A DNA stretch of 38,575 nucleotides from positions 1-38,575 of the forward strand of contig NIVC01002981.1 of assembly GCA_002269645.1 (NCBI GenBank), given 5' to 3'. This stretch comes from Macrostomum lignano. Taxonomy: Eukaryota. The notes beneath the pieces are model-generated. The model was not told the DNA's origin. It did no database searches and saw nothing but the letters and a program-made list of their open reading frames with translations. Both the position numbers and the translations under genes were made by a program. Of this stretch, positions 33,332 through 38,575 are shown piece by piece. The first letter of the stretch is position 1. Each line of letters starts with the position of its first letter.

Positions 33332-34090
33332 GCGCTGCCGGTGCTGTCCCGCCAGCACCCGCCCGAGCTGCCGCTGCCCGTCAGCGCCAGCGCCATCCGC
33401 TGCCGGCCGAAGGCGGACTGGGCCTGGTGCCTGGGCGCCCTGGCCGCCGCCAGCCCCGACGCGGACTGGCTGGCCGTGGTGGAGGACGACCAGCTGGCGA
33501 GGCTGGACGCGGTCTCGGCCCTGCACGACATCATGGACTCGAAGCTGGCCCGCAGGTACGGCGACCAGCGCCTGGCCCGGGTGGGCCTGGTGCACCTGCA
33601 CTCGCCGGCCAGCGAGCTCCGCTACCGCTGGCTGGACGCCGGCACCTGGCTGGAGCTCATGCTCATCGGCGGCTGCATCGGCGGCGCCTGCTTCATGCTG
33701 TACTACCGGATGTTCTGCAACCCCATGCTGTTCTTGCCGAACCTCTGCCTGGCCAGCTTCCTCTTCATCTACTCGCTGGCGGTGGCCGTGGCGGTGGGCC
33801 GCCCCAACTGGCTGGCCGCCCGCCACGCCCTCACCCGCATCTACAGCCTGGACGAGCCGCTGTCCGCCAACTTCTCCGCCGTGCTGCTGCCGCGCCAGTC
33901 ACAGCTGCTGTTGAACGGCTCCGGCGGCCGCGCCTCGCCGCTGACTGGCTGCTGGGGCGCCGAGCAGGTGGACGCGGCGATGCGGTCGGCCGGCAGGCGG
34001 GTGCTGGCGGTGTACCCCAGCCTGCTGCGCCACGTAGGTCTGTACAGCGCCCACTCTGGCGGCCTGCTGGCGCCGCACCTGCTGGACTGA
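33332..34090 (+). CDS. PGAP4: PGAP4 homologue, exon 3 (joined CDS 1269 nt, 422 aa)
   Basis: Acceptor CATCTCCAG. Motifs DWAWCL and WLAVVEDD (PGAP4 YVLMVEDD), two TM helices, and VYPSLLRHVGLYS (PGAP4 VEPNLVKHIGLFS). Confidence 0.88.
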   Translation, partial: ALPVLSRQHPPELPLPVSASAIRCRPKADWAWCLGALAAASPDADWLAVVEDDQLARLDAVSALHDIMDSKLARRYGDQRLARVGLVHLHSPASELRYRWLDAGTWLELMLIGGCIGGACFMLYYRMFCNPMLFLPNLCLASFLFIYSLAVAVAVGRPNWLAARHALTRIYSLDEPLSANFSAVLLPRQSQLLLNGSGGRASPLTGCWGAEQVDAAMRSAGRRVLAVYPSLLRHVGLYSAHSGGLLAPHLLD

Positions 34091-34769
34091 CCGGCCGGGC
34101 CGTTCACGACATTCGCTTGCACATTCCCCAAGCTGGCAGGCTTCATTCATTTCTGCCAGACATTCAAATTCCCTGTAGCTTCATGCACCAGCCGTATTTC
34201 ACTTCCCCAATGCTGTGCAAGCAATTTCATGAACTCCAAAATCCACAGTTGTTGAAGCCAATCTCCAAAACCTGCACAGAGCCCACAGATCGCACAATAT
34301 TTAACATGCTAATCTTGTGCGTTCTTTTTCTATCCGCACTACTTACATAGAGCGGTTCAGTAGCCACTTTTGCTTTTTTTATTGCTTTGTACCGGGGCGA
34401 TTGAATACTGTAGCAATTTTAGTTAGTAGAAATATTGCAGCCTTTTTATTGTGACTGTGAAACAGTTTGGTTCATTCCTGATTTTTATTTATTTATTGCC
34501 ATGGCTTTGAGCTGAGTCTGTCAGCAGCTGATTTGATCACCCAAATTCAGTTAATACTGCCTTCACTATTGTCACGTGACAATGCAAAATTTGACCGGGC
34601 CGAATATTTTATTTGTGTTTTTTGCAGAATAAACTGGTGTGTAACTCTCTCCGGACTGCTTATTCTCCGTCCTGGTTGCGCGGAGCTCTTCAACTTTAAA
34701 GCCATAACTGAAACCTGTTTGTGTATTTAAGCAATTCATTTTTTACCATGTACTTGACTAATAGGCTGG

Positions 34770-35340
34770 GAGGGGATATGCAGACAGACGGGATTAGTGA
34801 GAGGCTGGGAAGGGGAGATGCAGATTGATGGAATTAGTGAGAGGCTGGGAAGGGGAGATGCAGATTGATGGGATTAATGAGAGGCTGGGAGGGGAGATGC
34901 AGATTGATGAGATTAGTGAGAGGCTGGGAGGGGAGATGCAGATTGATGGGATTAATGAGAGGCTGGGAGGGGAGATGCAGATTGATGGGATTAATGAGAG
35001 GCTGGGAGGGGAGATGCAGATTGATGAGATTAATGAGAGGCTGGGAGGGGAGATGCAGATTGATGGGATTGGGAATAATAAGAGGCTGGGAGGGGAGATG
35101 CAGATTGATGAGATTAATGAGAGGCTGGGAATGAGATGCAGATTGATGGGATTAATGAGAGGCTGGGAGGGGAGATGCAGATTGATGGAATTATTGAGAG
35201 GCTGGGGGGGGGGAGATGCAGATTGATGGGAATAATGAGAGGCTGGGAGCCGGCAGGGGACATGCAGATTGATGGAACTTATGGGAGGCTTGGAGGGGAG
35301 ATGCAGATTAGTGGGATTAAGACGCATACGGAGGGGATCA
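34770..35340. repeat. Minisatellite, about 39 bp unit GAGATGCAGATTGATGGGATTAATGAGAGGCTGGGAGGG, about 14 copies
   Basis: Visible tandem unit. The periodic ORFs (MQIDGINERLGGE and others) are its translation. Confidence 0.95.
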
Positions 35341-35529
35341 GATGGGAAAACTTATTCTACTCTTGCGTGTAAATCTTGATCCCATGCAATCAGGGCTGCG
35401 TGGCAACTGCACAATGCAATGACCTTGGTTATTTATTGCTGAGTTGGTTTATTCATTCAGAGACCGCAAGCGCGCACGGGATTTACTTAGCCATTGGGCT
35501 GTCTGTTACCATGGAAATACACCGACAGT

Positions 35530-35876
35530 TCAGGCCAGCAGCGGCAGCTGAATGTCCTGCAGCAGCATCCTGACCTGAATGCGCACCAGGACTTCGATCA
35601 CCTTGACCAGTGCGCCGCGGATCGCATTGACCAGCGCGTTGGTCACCGGGTTGATGATCCAGTCTAGCGGGCCCAGGCCGCTGAACCGCACCGTGATGCT
35701 GGACATACTCGAGATGGAGAACCTCTCCAGGTCGGGACTGTCGCCGGAGCCTAGAGTGGCGCTGATCCGGGCGTCCACGGTGACCCGATCCACCGTCAGG
35801 CTCAGCTTCGAGTCCACGCCGATGCCCATGAACTTTGCATGCCCGTTGAAGGCGCCCAGAGGTTGTTGACCCCGAT
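35530..35876 (-). CDS. Group-7-allergen-like (Der p 7/TULIP-type lipid-binding) secreted protein, exon 2
   Basis: Acceptor CCCAG ends at 35877 on the minus strand. Encodes AKFMGIG...FSGLGPLDWIINPVTNALVNAIR. High GC3, stop at 35532-35530. Confidence 0.72.
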
Positions 35877-36761
35877 CTGGGCGTTCGGTTTGGGTTTTCT
35901 ATTTTGGAGGTTAATCGTTATAATGTACATGTATAATGTCATGATGGGAAGGCTGAGGGAACCCTACTAGCTGTTACACATGTGCATGGAGTGGATTCAC
36001 AAGGACCACTGGAGGTGGTGCTTTCACAAGGTCGAAATTTAACAACGTCGGAAAAATACACTTCAGAGATGGGAAAATTGAACTGTTTTCATCACAAAAT
36101 CACTGTTTGCATATTTAGATCTGGAACAGTGAAGATTGTCATTTCTTTAATTAAGCATGTACAGCATGTTACTCTGGTGCTGTTGTATTTTATATTATTA
36201 TATAGTTGTGGAGTTGTGGTGTAAGTATCATTTTCATGCTTTTTGATAAGCCCAAGCCAAAGTTGTAAGTACATGTACTCGAGTGAAATTTTTGTTTTGT
36301 TGCTTCTTGAAAAGATAAAGAAGTATTGCATGCAGGTACTCTCAATCTATTAATTGTAGATATAATTAAACTCGTAGTTTAATTATAGCTCGTAATTGCT
36401 GTTGCGACCTACATGCAACATTTTTATTACAAATATACTTCATCCAAGCTTATGAAATAAAAAACAATATAAAAATGAAACTCATCACAGAATTTACCAT
36501 ATAAAACACAGCAGAGTGACATGCTGTACATGTTAAATTAAAGAACTGGCAATCTTCCCTGGCCCCAGAAAAAATGCTATCAAATTGATTCTGTGATGAA
36601 GAAAGGAGAATTTTTCCTACATGCATCTTCCCATCTTCACATCTGTACACTACATGTACATGCAAGTTTAGCAACTGTGTTCGAGACTTGCTTCCAAAGA
36701 GAGGGCTCTAAATTAGCAGGTGCATGTCTATAATGACAGTTAAAGGACGCGATGCACCTAC

Positions 36762-37112
36762 ATTGGCATCAATGGTGAGAGTGTTTCCCTGTGTCTCAAT
36801 GCGGCAGTCGCCGGAGCGGTGCAGAGTGGACAGGCCGTGCATCCGGCCATCCGTGAGGCCGATGCTGCCGTGCACGGTGACCAGCAGGATCTTCTTGGAG
36901 AAGTCAATCACCAGGTTGTCCAGGGGCAGCGGGTCCATGTTGTTCTCGCGCAGGTGCGGCCCGAGCTTGGCCATCAGCAGGTCAATGTAGCGGTTTGCCG
37001 ACTCCTCGGCTGGCGTCGGCGATCTGCTGGGTGCGCCGGCGGCCTGCAGGCAGCTGCCCGCCACCATAATGACGACTGCCAGCAGCATCGGATTTGGAAG
37101 GCGATGCTTCAT
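36762..37112 (-). CDS. Group-7-allergen-like secreted protein, exon 1
   Basis: Signal-peptide-like MLLAVVIMVAGSCLQA, then NRYIDLLM...MDPLPL...HGSIGLTDGRMHGLSTLHRSGD, typical of the family. Donor AAT|GTAGGT at 36761, with an alternative GT at 36757. Confidence 0.75.
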
Positions 37113-37131
37113 TCGCGGGATCTACGTGAAA

Positions 37132-37588
37132 CATTGGCGTAGGAACGTTTCAAAAAGTGGGGAGCCAGGTTCAGTGGCGGATTTACATGTAAGGGGGGCC
37201 GGAGCGTACAGTGCCCCGTCGAGTATGAAAATGTGTTTTTCCTAATTTTTTTATGGAAAATGCACATCATGTACCGATTCTTTTCAGAACCCGTCTTGTC
37301 ATCACTCATTTTAAAGCGCCGCAGGCACTCAATTTAAATTTAGCGTCACAGGCACTCATTTTAGCGCTGCAGGCACTCATTTTAGCGACGCAGGCACTCA
37401 ATTTGGCGCTGCAGCGCTATATTTTGTCGCCCTGCAGCAAAATGCATTCATGCAAAAGCAGCAAAAACCAAAAATAAGCAAAAAAGTCTACATTTTACAT
37501 TTAAATATACCATTACTGCCCACCTCCCCTATTTTAAAAGTATAGGGGGGCCATGGCGCCCACTGTCCCCCGTTCCTACGCGCCTATG
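37132..37588. mobile_element. Probable hAT-like MITE with imperfect TIRs and internal 21-bp-type repeats (GCAGGCACTCA...)
   Basis: Left end CATTGGCGTAGGAACG. Right end CGTTCCTACGCGCCTATG (reverse complement CATAGGCGCGTAGGAACG). G/C-rich subtermini and tandem units at 37320-37415. No matching TSD. Confidence 0.6.
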
Positions 37589-38575
37589 CGATGCACATGC
37601 ATATAACGTACCTGATTTTGTACATTCCGCTTCATACTCGATCGCGGCCTTTGTTAGACTTAGAACAATACTCGAAGCTGTTTAATTGCTTTTCTCAGTT
37701 TTCTGGAGCAAATATACATGTACGAGCTAATACTACAAGCTACTATATTACATGGCTTTGGAAACTGAGAAAGCGTCAGCAGTTGAAAATCTACGCCTGT
37801 ACGTCTTGTTGTGCTTTGCTGAATACATGTATAGATAAGAAAGTATATATTTTATCCTCAATTATCACTATCTTCAACTATAAACATGCTGAACTGCAAG
37901 GTGTGGAAATGAGAGATAACGCGTTTTAATTGACTGGGGGCAATGCAGGCGTCTTCACAGTCCAGGTTTTATTTGCAGCCCTAATTTCACGACTTAATTA
38001 ATTTGATATCACTTAACTGCACCTCTCAAGTAAAGGTAGCTGTGCGTTAATTAGTTTAACACTTGTTAGTTAAACTGACGTTTCGAGAGCTTACATGTAT
38101 CTATATTAATATTATATAGTAATTATAGTTGGTCTACACAAATTAAGCTAGAAACGACCCTAGCCAACACGAGAAGTCACCTTATTCGCTAAACTAAACA
38201 TTTAAAGCCTTTATTACAATATATAGGTCTGCTCACTGAACATCTCTTAACAAATGTACTTTTATTACCTGTATTTAGTAAACAAGTTTACGTGTACTTT
38301 ACAAGTTATTGCATTGGAATACCAATTCATTGTTTGCCTAACCCGCCTTGTGTGTACGATTTGTGATTTTGATTTCCTAAACAGGCTTTTCGTCTAGCGC
38401 TCTCAGTTTTAAAGCTCGTTTAACAAAGCCTAAGTGAAGACAGTAAAACAACGCAACAACGTTATAGTTTAAAAGTTTATTTTGGATCGAAAAAGACAAT
38501 TTTTCAGTCGATGACAAGCATGCGACCCCGCACAGCGATAGGTTCGCATTAATATTCGATGAGGCTTTAAAAAGA

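Overview
Eukaryotic (animal) genomic DNA. It is most consistent with a free-living flatworm such as Macrostomum, inferred from the two-domain small HSP, very GC3-rich housekeeping exons, minisatellite-filled introns and 1-bp indels of long-read type. In order, the window holds: the last exon of a cyclic-nucleotide phosphodiesterase; an intronless two-alpha-crystallin-domain sHSP with a textbook HSE/TATA promoter; a two-gene candidate innate-immune locus; a transposon graveyard; a 3-exon PGAP4/TMEM246 homologue; and a 2-exon secreted group-7-allergen-like gene on the minus strand. The immune locus (8345-18538, + strand) has two parts. The first is a long ankyrin-like repeat ORF that can be spliced in frame, through a 51-nt micro-exon, onto a Mab-21/cGAS-like nucleotidyltransferase (about 1381 aa predicted). 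The second, 1.8 kb downstream, is an intronless 965-aa gene with an N-terminal RxxxxH HEPN-like domain followed by TPR and SEL1 repeats. The graveyard contains a mariner deletion derivative, a gutted Ty3/gypsy element, a fossil MULE transposase and hAT-type MITEs. Part of it (about 27.1-30.3 kb) is almost free of CpG, and it is interrupted by a young MITE carrying a fragment of 28S rRNA (H69-H71, the R2/I-PpoI site region). All assignments come from reading motifs by eye. No searches were run.
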